From Shigella phage ESh31, in sequence record ON528741: a stretch of 64,000 bases of DNA; one strand, given 5' to 3'. The position numbers were made by a program, and so were the translations under genes. The stretch's first letter is position 1. Every line of letters starts with the position of its first letter. Below the pieces are notes generated by a model. It ran no database searches, had not been told where the DNA came from, and saw nothing but the letters and a program-made list of their open reading frames with translations. Shown here one piece after another: positions 29,275-37,994 of the stretch.

Positions 29275-29655
29275 ATGAAAATCGCTATTTTGGTTATTGC
29301 ATTAGGTCTTACTGGTTGTGTAGCTCAAGGACCGGTAGTAAATCAGTCTGATGTAGGAAAAATTGTAAACTGTTCAAGCAAATTTTATAATCCTAATGTC
29401 AAGTGTTATAAAGAAGCTCCAAAGCAAACAGTCGAACAAATGCAGGCGAATTTTGACGAAGCTATTCGTCCAGATGAATCTGCTCAAGCATATCGTAATT
29501 CTGATGTAATTACACGCGAAGAAAAAATTGAAAACTACTGCGCCGAGCTTTGGGCTAATTGGGCTAATAATTACCAATGGCGTACTGGTAAAAATGCTCC
29601 GATGGAGTATGTAGTGAATTCTTATAATTCATGCGTAAAAAATTTGACTAAGTGA
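29275..29655 (+). CDS. predicted lipoprotein
   Basis: 126 aa; signal peptide with lipobox LTGC (MKIAILVIALGLTGCVAQ); GAGG RBS. Confidence 0.5.
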   Translation: MKIAILVIALGLTGCVAQGPVVNQSDVGKIVNCSSKFYNPNVKCYKEAPKQTVEQMQANFDEAIRPDESAQAYRNSDVITREEKIENYCAELWANWANNYQWRTGKNAPMEYVVNSYNSCVKNLTK

Positions 29656-29662
29656 GGAAAAC

Positions 29663-29914
29663 ATGGAAACTTTAGTAGCAGGTTCAATTTTTATGGTTTT
29701 AGTTTCAGGTGTGTTGGCTATTATTATATACATGCTTCCATGGTTTATCGCCTTGATGCGTGGGTCAAAATCGACAGTAGGAATCTTTTTCACATCTTTA
29801 CTGTTTAACTGGTCAATTATTGGTTGGTTTATTACATTTATTTGGTCAATTGCGGGTGAAACTAAAAAGTCTGCACAGCCAAATCAGGTAATTATCATCA
29901 GAGAGAAGGAATGA
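29663..29914 (+). CDS. imm: superinfection immunity membrane protein Imm
   Basis: 83 aa; two transmembrane helices; length and position upstream of gene 42 match T4 imm. Confidence 0.6.
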   Translation: METLVAGSIFMVLVSGVLAIIIYMLPWFIALMRGSKSTVGIFFTSLLFNWSIIGWFITFIWSIAGETKKSAQPNQVIIIREKE

Positions 29915-30060
29915 AAAGCAAAATTATAGCAGTGTTGCTTTTAATCTTGATGATTATAATAAGTATATACTATAGTGTAACGGTTCCTCTTATGATTCCA
30001 ACTATTATTTTAGGTTGGAGCTTATTACTGTTACAAGTTAAATATGAATGTATCAATTGA
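29911..30060 (+). CDS. hypothetical small membrane protein (49 aa)
   Basis: ATGA overlap with imm; strongly hydrophobic; below the track cutoff. Confidence 0.35.
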   Translation: MKSKIIAVLLLILMIIISIYYSVTVPLMIPTIILGWSLLLLQVKYECIN

Positions 30061-30067
30061 GGTTTAA

Positions 30068-30808
30068 ATGATTAGTGACTCTATGACAGTTGAAGAAATC
30101 CGTCTTCATTTGGGGCTTGCATTAAAAGAAAAAGATTTCGTAGTTGATAAAACTGGCGTTAAAACTATTGAAATTATTGGCGCATCATTTGTAGCAGATG
30201 AACCCTTTATTTTTGGCGCTCTTAATGATGAATACATTCAGCGTGAACTTGAATGGTACAAGTCTCAAAGTCTGTTTGTTAAAGATATTCCAGGTGAAAC
30301 ACCAAAGATTTGGCAGCAGGTAGCATCTTCTAAAGGCGAAATTAACTCGAATTATGGTTGGGCTATTTGGTCAGAAGATAACTATGCCCAGTATGATATG
30401 TGTTTAGCTGAACTTGGTCAAAATCCTGATTCTCGACGTGGTATCATGATTTATACTCGTCCATCTATGCAGTTTGACTATAATAAAGATGGTATGTCAG
30501 ATTTCATGTGCACGAATACAGTACAGTACCTGATTCGTGACAAGAAAGTCAATGCAGTAGTAAGCATGCGCTCAAATGACGTGGTCTTCGGATTCCGTAA
30601 TGATTATGCATGGCAAAAATACGTATTAGATAAATTAGTATCTGATTTGAATGCAGGCGATTCAACTCGTCAGTATAAAGCAGGTTCTATTATATGGAAT
30701 GTTGGAAGTCTTCATGTATATTCTCGTCATTTTTACTTGGTTGATCATTGGTGGAATACTGGCGAAACTCATATTGTGAAAAAAGACTATAAAGGTGAGT
30801 GGAAATGA
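30068..30808 (+). CDS. 42: dCMP hydroxymethylase
   Basis: 246 aa; thymidylate-synthase-like fold; matches T4 gp42. Confidence 0.9.
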   Translation: MISDSMTVEEIRLHLGLALKEKDFVVDKTGVKTIEIIGASFVADEPFIFGALNDEYIQRELEWYKSQSLFVKDIPGETPKIWQQVASSKGEINSNYGWAIWSEDNYAQYDMCLAELGQNPDSRRGIMIYTRPSMQFDYNKDGMSDFMCTNTVQYLIRDKKVNAVVSMRSNDVVFGFRNDYAWQKYVLDKLVSDLNAGDSTRQYKAGSIIWNVGSLHVYSRHFYLVDHWWNTGETHIVKKDYKGEWK

Positions 30809-31647
30809 TTCAATTCGTAATTCCAAGTTATCAACGTGTCGGGGCAGTTTCTGCCCTTGATATGTTTCCGACTGATTATGAACCGCATATTGTAGTGCGT
30901 GAACACGAAGAAAAAGCTTATTATGATGCTTATGGGTCTAGAGCTAAAATTATAACTATTCCTGATGATGTAAACGGAATTGCCGGTACTCGTAAAGCAA
31001 TTACTGATATGTATGCAGGTCAACGAATTTGGATGATTGACGATGATACTACTATTCGTATGAGTTCAATGCGAAAAAGAGATGACCGTCGTTGTGTGGA
31101 TAAAGTCAATCAATTGACTCATGAACAGTTCTATGAATTGATTCAATATGTTGAGGATGCCATGGATTGCGGGTATTATCATGGCCATGCTCGTCTACCT
31201 ATTTTTAAAATTACTTCATCTTGGGGTAATTATCGTGAAAATTCATACGGATTCACGAATACATGGTATGACCTCGGAAAACTTACGACAGAACAAATTG
31301 GGTATGGAAAAATTGATTTATGCGAAGATATGTATGCATTTCTCAATTTAATTAATCAAGGCTATCCGCATTTGGCCTTGTTCAAATATCTGGTTGTATC
31401 TGGAAAAGCACAAGCTCCTGGCGGGTGCAGTTCAATTCGTAGTAATTCTAAACATAATAGAGCGCTTGAGCAAATCAATAGAGAGTTTCCAGAGCAAGCT
31501 CGTTGGAAAACTTCTAATATTGAAAAACGAAAATCGTTGGGTGAAGAAGATGAACCACTAAAGGTTCTTCGCATGTGTGTTTCACGTAAAGAAAAATCAG
31601 AAGCATTTCATAAGTTTAATGCTATTCATCCAATAGCAGTTGATTAA
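30799..31647 (+). CDS. GT-A type glycosyltransferase at the beta-gt locus (candidate beta-glucosyl-HMC alpha-glucosyltransferase)
   Basis: 282 aa; DxD-type motif WMIDDDTT; occupies the position of T4 beta-gt but is shorter and unrelated in sequence. Confidence 0.5.
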   Translation: MEMIQFVIPSYQRVGAVSALDMFPTDYEPHIVVREHEEKAYYDAYGSRAKIITIPDDVNGIAGTRKAITDMYAGQRIWMIDDDTTIRMSSMRKRDDRRCVDKVNQLTHEQFYELIQYVEDAMDCGYYHGHARLPIFKITSSWGNYRENSYGFTNTWYDLGKLTTEQIGYGKIDLCEDMYAFLNLINQGYPHLALFKYLVVSGKAQAPGGCSSIRSNSKHNRALEQINREFPEQARWKTSNIEKRKSLGEEDEPLKVLRMCVSRKEKSEAFHKFNAIHPIAVD

Positions 31648-31672
31648 TGCCTAAATTTATTGTGTTATAATT
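31647..31672 (+). promoter_or_regulatory. middle promoter candidate upstream of uvsX
   Basis: Imperfect MotA-box-like TGCCTAA about 12 bp upstream of TATAAT. Confidence 0.35.
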
Positions 31673-31724
31673 ACTCTATCTTTAACCAGTGAGGAAAATA
31701 TAATGATGCCTATGGAAAAAATGA

Positions 31725-32906
31725 ATGTCTATTGCAGATTTAAAATCCCGTTTGATTAAAGCTTCCACTTCTAAAATGACTGCTGAACTGACTACATCTA
31801 AATTCTTTAATGAAAAGGATGTAATCCGTACAAAAATCCCAATGCTGAATATTGCTATTTCTGGTGCGATTGATGGCGGCATGCAGTCTGGTTTAACTAT
31901 TTTTGCAGGTCCTTCTAAACACTTTAAATCAAATATGTCTTTGACTATGGTTGCGGCATATTTGAACAAATATCCTGACGCGGTTTGTCTATTCTATGAT
32001 AGTGAATTTGGTATTACTCCAGCTTATTTGCGATCCATGGGAGTTGACCCGGAACGAGTAATTCATACGCCGATTCAGTCAGTTGAACAGCTGAAAATTG
32101 ATATGGTGAATCAGCTTGAAGCTATTGAGCGTGGTGAAAAGGTTATTGTATTCATCGACTCAATCGGTAATATGGCTTCTAAGAAAGAAACGGAAGACGC
32201 CTTGAATGAAAAATCTGTGGCAGATATGACTCGTGCTAAATCACTGAAGTCATTATTTCGTATTGTTACTCCTTATTTTAGCATTAAAAATATTCCATGT
32301 GTTGCGGTTAACCATACAATTGAAACACTTGAAATGTTTAGTAAAACCGTGATGACAGGTGGTACAGGCGTAATGTATTCGGCTGATACTGTATTCATTA
32401 TCGGTAAGCGTCAGATTAAAGATGGTTCTGATCTTCAGGGGTATCAATTTGTTCTAAATGTAGAAAAATCTCGTACCGTTAAAGAAAAAAGTAAATTCTT
32501 TATTGATGTTAAATTTGACGGTGGTATCGATCCTTATTCTGGATTGTTAGATATGGCTCTAGAATTAGGATTTGTAGTAAAACCTAAGAATGGTTGGTAT
32601 GCTCGTGAATTTCTTGACGAAGAAACCGGCGAGATGATTCGCGAAGAAAAATCTTGGCGTGCAAAAGATACCAACTGCACTACATTCTGGGGTCCTTTAT
32701 TTAAGCATCAACCATTCCGAGATGCTATTAAACGTGCTTATCAGTTAGGTGCTATTGATAGTAATGAAATTGTTGAAGCTGAAGTTGATGAATTGATTAA
32801 CTCAAAGGTTGAAAAATTTAAATCTCCAGAAAGTAAAAGTAAATCAGCAGCTGATTTAGAAACTGACCTCGAGCAGTTAAGTGATATGGAAGAATTTAAT
32901 GAATAA
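31725..32906 (+). CDS. uvsX: recombinase UvsX (RecA-like)
   Basis: 393 aa; Walker A GPSKHFKS; matches T4 UvsX. Confidence 0.9.
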   Translation: MSIADLKSRLIKASTSKMTAELTTSKFFNEKDVIRTKIPMLNIAISGAIDGGMQSGLTIFAGPSKHFKSNMSLTMVAAYLNKYPDAVCLFYDSEFGITPAYLRSMGVDPERVIHTPIQSVEQLKIDMVNQLEAIERGEKVIVFIDSIGNMASKKETEDALNEKSVADMTRAKSLKSLFRIVTPYFSIKNIPCVAVNHTIETLEMFSKTVMTGGTGVMYSADTVFIIGKRQIKDGSDLQGYQFVLNVEKSRTVKEKSKFFIDVKFDGGIDPYSGLLDMALELGFVVKPKNGWYAREFLDEETGEMIREEKSWRAKDTNCTTFWGPLFKHQPFRDAIKRAYQLGAIDSNEIVEAEVDELINSKVEKFKSPESKSKSAADLETDLEQLSDMEEFNE

Positions 32907-33240
32907 AGATGATTTAGACTTAGATCTAGAAATTATCGATGAATCCCCCTCTTCGGAGGGGGAAGAAAGAAAAGAACGTCTTTTTAATGAGTCTCTTAAG
33001 ATAATTAAATCTGCCATGGAAAATGTTATCCAGGAGATTGTCATTAAACTAGAAGATGGTTCTACACATATAGTGTATGTAACTAAACTGGATTGGGTTG
33101 ATGGAAAGGTTGTAATGGACTTTGCTGTTCTTGACCAAGAAAGAAAAGCTGAGTTAGCTCCTCATGTAGAAAAATGTATTACAATGCAACTGCAAGATGC
33201 ATTTAATAAAAGGTCAAAGAAAAAATTTAAATTCTTTTAA
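32899..33240 (+). CDS. 40: head vertex assembly protein gp40-like
   Basis: 113 aa from the internal Met overlapping the uvsX stop; position between uvsX and gene 41. Confidence 0.5.
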   Translation: MNKDDLDLDLEIIDESPSSEGEERKERLFNESLKIIKSAMENVIQEIVIKLEDGSTHIVYVTKLDWVDGKVVMDFAVLDQERKAELAPHVEKCITMQLQDAFNKRSKKKFKFF

Positions 33241-33249
33241 GGAGTAAGT

Positions 33250-34677
33250 GTGGTAGAAATTATTCTTTCTCATCTCATATTTGATCAAGCTTATTTTTCA
33301 AAAGTTTGGCCATATATGGATTCAGAATATTTTGAAAGTGGTCCAGCTAAAAATACATTCAAATTAATTAAATCTCATGTTAATGAGTATCATAGCGTTC
33401 CATCTATTAATGCGTTAAATGTTGCATTAGAAAATAGTTCATTTACTGAAACAGAATATTCTGGTGTAAAAACACTTATTTCAAAACTGGCTGATTCTCC
33501 AGAAGACCACAGCTGGTTAGTAAAAGAAACAGAAAAATATGTTCAGCAAAGGGCGATGTTTAATGCTACATCTAAAATAATCGAAATTCAAACTAATGCT
33601 GAGCTTCCTCCGGAAAAACGAAATAAGAAAATGCCGGATGTTGGTGCTATTCCTGACATCATGCGGCAAGCATTATCTATTTCATTTGATAGTTACGTTG
33701 GTCATGATTGGATGGATGACTACGAAGCACGTTGGCTATCTTATATGAATAAAGCTCGTAAGGTTCCATTTAAACTCAAAATTCTAAATAAAATTACTAA
33801 AGGCGGAGCTGAAACTGGAACACTGAACGTTTTAATGGCTGGTGTTAACGTCGGTAAGTCATTAGGATTGTGTTCATTGGCAGCAGATTATTTGCAGCTC
33901 GGACATAATGTTCTTTACATTTCCATGGAAATGGCAGAAGAAGTTTGTGCTAAGCGTATTGACGCTAATATGCTTGATGTTTCTCTTGACGATATTGATG
34001 ATGGGCATATTTCTTACGCTGAGTATAAAGGAAAGATGGAAAAATGGCGTGAGAAATCTACCCTTGGTCGTTTAATCGTTAAGCAATATCCTACTGGTGG
34101 AGCAGACGCTAATACATTTCGATCACTTTTAAATGAATTAAAGCTCAAGAAGAATTTTGTTCCAACAGTCATTATTGTCGACTATCTAGGTATTTGTAAA
34201 TCTTGCCGCATTAGAGTTTATTCAGAAAATAGTTACACAACTGTTAAAGCTATCGCAGAGGAATTGCGTGCTCTGGCTGTTGAAACCGAAACTGTTCTTT
34301 GGACTGCAGCACAGGTTGGTAAACAAGCTTGGGACTCTTCCGATGTTAACATGAGCGATATTGCAGAATCTGCTGGTCTTCCAGCAACAGCTGATTTTAT
34401 GCTTGCGGTCATTGAAACCGAGGAGCTAGCAGCTGCTGAACAACAACTCATTAAGCAAATCAAATCACGATATGGCGATAAGAACAAATGGAATAAGTTT
34501 TTGATGGGTGTTCAAAAAGGAAATCAGAAATGGGTAGAAATTGAACAAGATTCTACTCCAACTGAAGTGAGTGAGGTAGCAGGTTCACAACAGATACAAG
34601 CTGAGCAGAATCGCTATCAAAGAAATGAATCCACTCGAGCTCAGTTAGATGCTTTGGCAAATGAATTAAAATTTTAG
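33250..34677 (+). CDS. 41: replicative DNA helicase gp41 (DnaB-like)
   Basis: 475 aa; GTG start after AAGGAG; Walker A GVNVGKS. Confidence 0.9.
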   Translation: MVEIILSHLIFDQAYFSKVWPYMDSEYFESGPAKNTFKLIKSHVNEYHSVPSINALNVALENSSFTETEYSGVKTLISKLADSPEDHSWLVKETEKYVQQRAMFNATSKIIEIQTNAELPPEKRNKKMPDVGAIPDIMRQALSISFDSYVGHDWMDDYEARWLSYMNKARKVPFKLKILNKITKGGAETGTLNVLMAGVNVGKSLGLCSLAADYLQLGHNVLYISMEMAEEVCAKRIDANMLDVSLDDIDDGHISYAEYKGKMEKWREKSTLGRLIVKQYPTGGADANTFRSLLNELKLKKNFVPTVIIVDYLGICKSCRIRVYSENSYTTVKAIAEELRALAVETETVLWTAAQVGKQAWDSSDVNMSDIAESAGLPATADFMLAVIETEELAAAEQQLIKQIKSRYGDKNKWNKFLMGVQKGNQKWVEIEQDSTPTEVSEVAGSQQIQAEQNRYQRNESTRAQLDALANELKF

Positions 34678-34735
34678 TTTACAAGCTGACAAGACTATGG
34701 TATAGTAGTCTTGTTGGTTAAATGAGGAGATTGTT

Positions 34736-34918
34736 ATGGAATTGGTAAAAGTAGTTTTTATGGGGTGGTTTAAGAACGAAAGTATGTTTACTAAAGAAAT
34801 CACAATGATGAAAGATGACGTTCAATGGGCTACTACTCAATATGCTGAAGTTAATAAAGCATTAGTTGAAGCTTTCATTGATGACAAGAAAGTATGTGAA
34901 GTGGATTGCCGAGGATAA
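34736..34918 (+). CDS. dmd: antitoxin Dmd (inhibitor of RnlA/LsoA)
   Basis: 60 aa; matches T4 Dmd as I recall it (MELVKVVFMGWFKNESMF...); GAGGAG RBS. Confidence 0.75.
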   Translation: MELVKVVFMGWFKNESMFTKEITMMKDDVQWATTQYAEVNKALVEAFIDDKKVCEVDCRG

Positions 34919-34919
34919 T

Positions 34920-35177
34920 ATGCATATTGTTTTATTTAAACCTACTCCGTATAACGTCAGGAAAAATACGCAATTCAAAGCACTTATTGCAGATACGTGG
35001 GAATTGGTGCTAGATATTCCAGCAGAAGAAAGTCCTCCATTTGGTCGAGTGGAATTTATTAAGTTTGTTGTACGTCCTACGAAGAGGCAGATTCGTCAGT
35101 GTAAAAGGCATTTTCGTAAGATCGTTAAGCTAGAGAAACAGTTTGTAACATGTGATTATGCAGAAGTTTTAAAATAG
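34920..35177 (+). CDS. hypothetical protein (85 aa)
   Basis: Internal Met overlapping the dmd stop. Confidence 0.4.
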   Translation: MHIVLFKPTPYNVRKNTQFKALIADTWELVLDIPAEESPPFGRVEFIKFVVRPTKRQIRQCKRHFRKIVKLEKQFVTCDYAEVLK

Positions 35178-35237
35178 CTGTTTACTTTTGTTGGAAATTG
35201 AGATACTATATAAACATAAACTACTGAGGAGATTATC

Positions 35238-35531
35238 ATGAAAAAATTTATTTTTGCTACAATTTTTACTTTGGCTTCTTGTGCTGCTCAGCCTGCTATG
35301 GCAGGTTATGATAAAGATTTGTGTGAATGGTCTATGACTGCAGATCAGACTGAAGTTGAAACTCAAATTGAAGCGGATATTATGAATATCGTTGAGCGTG
35401 ATCGTCCTGAAATGAAAGCTGAAGTACAAAAACAGCTTAAGTCTGGTGGTGTAATGCAGTATAATTATGTTCTGTATTGCGATAAAAACTTTAATAACAA
35501 AAATATCGTAACCGAAATCACAGGTGAATAA
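35238..35531 (+). CDS. sp: periplasmic protein Spackle
   Basis: 97 aa with signal peptide MKKFIFATIFTLASCAAQPAMA; length and position match T4 sp (61.3). Confidence 0.7.
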   Translation: MKKFIFATIFTLASCAAQPAMAGYDKDLCEWSMTADQTEVETQIEADIMNIVERDRPEMKAEVQKQLKSGGVMQYNYVLYCDKNFNNKNIVTEITGE

Positions 35532-35532
35532 T

Positions 35533-36171
35533 ATGATTTATTATATGCACAAAAATCCACCGTTTAAATACGGTAAATTTCCTGATGCACAATGTTATAA
35601 TATAACGCCTGATGAAAATAACCGTGGATATCTTATTGGCACAATTTTTGTAATTGTTAAAGATAACGAAATCGTTGCCTGGGCAGATTTTAAAGGTACA
35701 ACACATGATGTTAATCCGGTGCCTTTCACATATTACAATATAATGGATTTGGCATATGATTATAATTGGTTTAATCATGACACGTTGGCTCATATTCATA
35801 TTGAAGGTGTAGGATTTGACATCTCTTATTCTAGCTACTCATTGTGTCCTATGAGTCGGGCTCATAAAGAACCTGAATATTTTTCATTTAGGAAACGTGT
35901 AAACTTTAAACGCAACACAGAGTATGTCGGTGGAATCTTTGTTAAAGATAATCGAATTATTCGTATTAATTATCCTTTGAGCGTTAGTCAAAAAGATATT
36001 GATGTTGATTTAGATTTCACTGAAAATAATATTAATCATATTGCTTCTGTGTATTTTGGTATCGATCACAAAATTGTAATATGTGGATATGAATTACCGT
36101 TTGAAGAACAGCCTAAAGTAAAAGTTTCTATTGACGATCAAATTTTTAATGCTTTTATGAATAAAGGTTAA
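35533..36171 (+). CDS. hypothetical protein (212 aa) with conserved C-terminal tail
   Basis: Ends in SIDDQIFNAFMNKG, shared with the next ORF. Confidence 0.45.
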   Translation: MIYYMHKNPPFKYGKFPDAQCYNITPDENNRGYLIGTIFVIVKDNEIVAWADFKGTTHDVNPVPFTYYNIMDLAYDYNWFNHDTLAHIHIEGVGFDISYSSYSLCPMSRAHKEPEYFSFRKRVNFKRNTEYVGGIFVKDNRIIRINYPLSVSQKDIDVDLDFTENNINHIASVYFGIDHKIVICGYELPFEEQPKVKVSIDDQIFNAFMNKG

Positions 36172-36172
36172 T

Positions 36173-36529
36173 ATGTATAGTTCTGAATTTTCATATTTAA
36201 AAATGGAAAAAATTTCATACGATTTTATAGATGAAAAGGTTTATTACAGTTTCCATGAACCACGTTTTAATAGTGAGGTTGGGTTTATTGTAGTAAAAGA
36301 CAATTTCATTTTAAAGATATATTCGGCATTAAAGGATTTTCACTACGAAAATATTAACCTAAAATTTAATAAAGAAAACGTTCGTAATTGCGCAGTAACA
36401 ATTACAGGAAATAAAGGTACATGTGTTATGCTATCCGATGAAATTAATGATTTGCTAAATGATGCAGAAAAAGTTGCTATTCCATCGATTGATGACCAAA
36501 TTTTTAATGCTTTTATGAATAGAGGTTAA
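36173..36529 (+). CDS. hypothetical protein (118 aa) with conserved C-terminal tail
   Basis: Ends in SIDDQIFNAFMNRG; the last ~45 nt are a near copy of the end of the preceding ORF. Confidence 0.45.
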   Translation: MYSSEFSYLKMEKISYDFIDEKVYYSFHEPRFNSEVGFIVVKDNFILKIYSALKDFHYENINLKFNKENVRNCAVTITGNKGTCVMLSDEINDLLNDAEKVAIPSIDDQIFNAFMNRG

Positions 36530-36530
36530 T

Positions 36531-36695
36531 ATGAAAACATATAAAGAATTTATTAAAGAAGATATGGTAGCTGGAGATTCAGGTGGTAATCCTGAAAATA
36601 TCTCTACTGGAACAACATCAGGTGCTGTAGTAAATAAAGGTCCTGAGCAGATTCCTAAAAAGAAAAAAGAGGAATCTAAAGAAAAAGAAGAGTAA
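36531..36695 (+). CDS. hypothetical small low-complexity protein (54 aa)
   Basis: Gly/Thr/Ser-rich then Lys/Glu-rich; below the track cutoff. Confidence 0.3.
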   Translation: MKTYKEFIKEDMVAGDSGGNPENISTGTTSGAVVNKGPEQIPKKKKEESKEKEE

Positions 36696-36697
36696 AA

Positions 36698-37726
36698 ATG
36701 TCATCAATACCTTGGATTGATAATGAGTTTGCATATCGTGCATTGGCTCATTTACCTAAATTCACACAAGTAAATAATAGTTCAACTTTTAAATTACGTT
36801 TTAGATGCCCTGTTTGTGGAGATTCAAAAACCGACCAGAATAAAGCCCGTGGATGGTATTATGGTGATAATAATGAAGGAAATATTCATTGTTATAACTG
36901 TAACTATCATGCACCAATCGGAATATATTTAAAGGAGTTTGAACCTGATTTATATCGTGAGTATATCTTTGAAATAAGAAAAGAAAAAGGTAAAAGTCGT
37001 CCAGTAGAAAAACCTAAAGAACTTCCTAAACAACTTGAGAAGAAAATAATTAAATCTCTTCCGTCATGTGTTAGATTAGATAAACTGGCGGAAGACCATC
37101 CAATTATAAAATATGTAAAAGCTCGTTGTATTCCAAAGGATAAATGGAAATATCTTTGGTTTACAACCGAATGGCCTAAATTAGTTAATAGCATAGCACC
37201 AGGAACATACAAAAAGGAAATTTCTGAGCCTCGTCTTGTTATTCCAATTTATAATGCTAATGGAAAAGCTGAGTCTTTTCAAGGACGTGCATTAAAGAAA
37301 GATGCTCCCCAAAAATATATCACCATCAAAGCTTATCCTGAAGCAACAAAAATCTATGGAGTCGAACGAGTTAAAGATGGTGATGTATATGTTCTAGAAG
37401 GACCTATAGATTCACTTTTTATTGAAAATGGTATAGCTATTACGGGTGGTCAATTAGACCTAGAAGTTGTTCCATTTAAAGATAGACGAGTGTGGGTTTT
37501 AGATAATGAACCTCGTCACCCTGACACTATCAAACGAATGACTAAATTAGTTGATGCAGGAGAAAGGGTTATGTTTTGGGATAAATCTCCCTGGAAATCA
37601 AAAGATGTCAATGATATGATTAGAAAGGAAGGTGCAACCCCTGAACAAATTATGGAATATATGAAAAATAATATTGCCCAGGGGTTGATGGCTAAAATGC
37701 GGCTATCTAAATATGCCAAGATTTAA
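36698..37726 (+). CDS. 61: DNA primase gp61
   Basis: 342 aa; N-terminal zinc ribbon CPVCGDS...CYNC; TOPRIM-like region. Confidence 0.9.
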   Translation: MSSIPWIDNEFAYRALAHLPKFTQVNNSSTFKLRFRCPVCGDSKTDQNKARGWYYGDNNEGNIHCYNCNYHAPIGIYLKEFEPDLYREYIFEIRKEKGKSRPVEKPKELPKQLEKKIIKSLPSCVRLDKLAEDHPIIKYVKARCIPKDKWKYLWFTTEWPKLVNSIAPGTYKKEISEPRLVIPIYNANGKAESFQGRALKKDAPQKYITIKAYPEATKIYGVERVKDGDVYVLEGPIDSLFIENGIAITGGQLDLEVVPFKDRRVWVLDNEPRHPDTIKRMTKLVDAGERVMFWDKSPWKSKDVNDMIRKEGATPEQIMEYMKNNIAQGLMAKMRLSKYAKI

Positions 37727-37923
37727 ATTAACCCAACTAAAGCAAATGCTAGATCTACGAATGTATCAAGAGTAACTACTGGAATATTAACACCATGCGC
37801 AATTGCAATTGGTGATAAAATAAAGTTCCAGAGTAAAATTCCTACCATAGCAGAAATAGTAAAAGCTATACGTTTTTTATTACCTTTTATGGCATTAACA
37901 AGTGCCATTAATTTTTGTACCAT
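37723..37923 (-). CDS. antisense-oriented small membrane protein (66 aa)
   Basis: Minus-strand ORF with AAGGAGG RBS 4 nt before the ATG; two predicted transmembrane helices; sits in the 61-56 intergenic gap. Confidence 0.5.
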   Translation of the reverse strand: MVQKLMALVNAIKGNKKRIAFTISAMVGILLWNFILSPIAIAHGVNIPVVTLDTFVDLAFALVGLI

Positions 37924-37994
37924 ATATCCTCCTTATTGCTTTATATATTTATTGTATAATTAATCTACTAACCCATGAATTGAAAGGAAAAATA

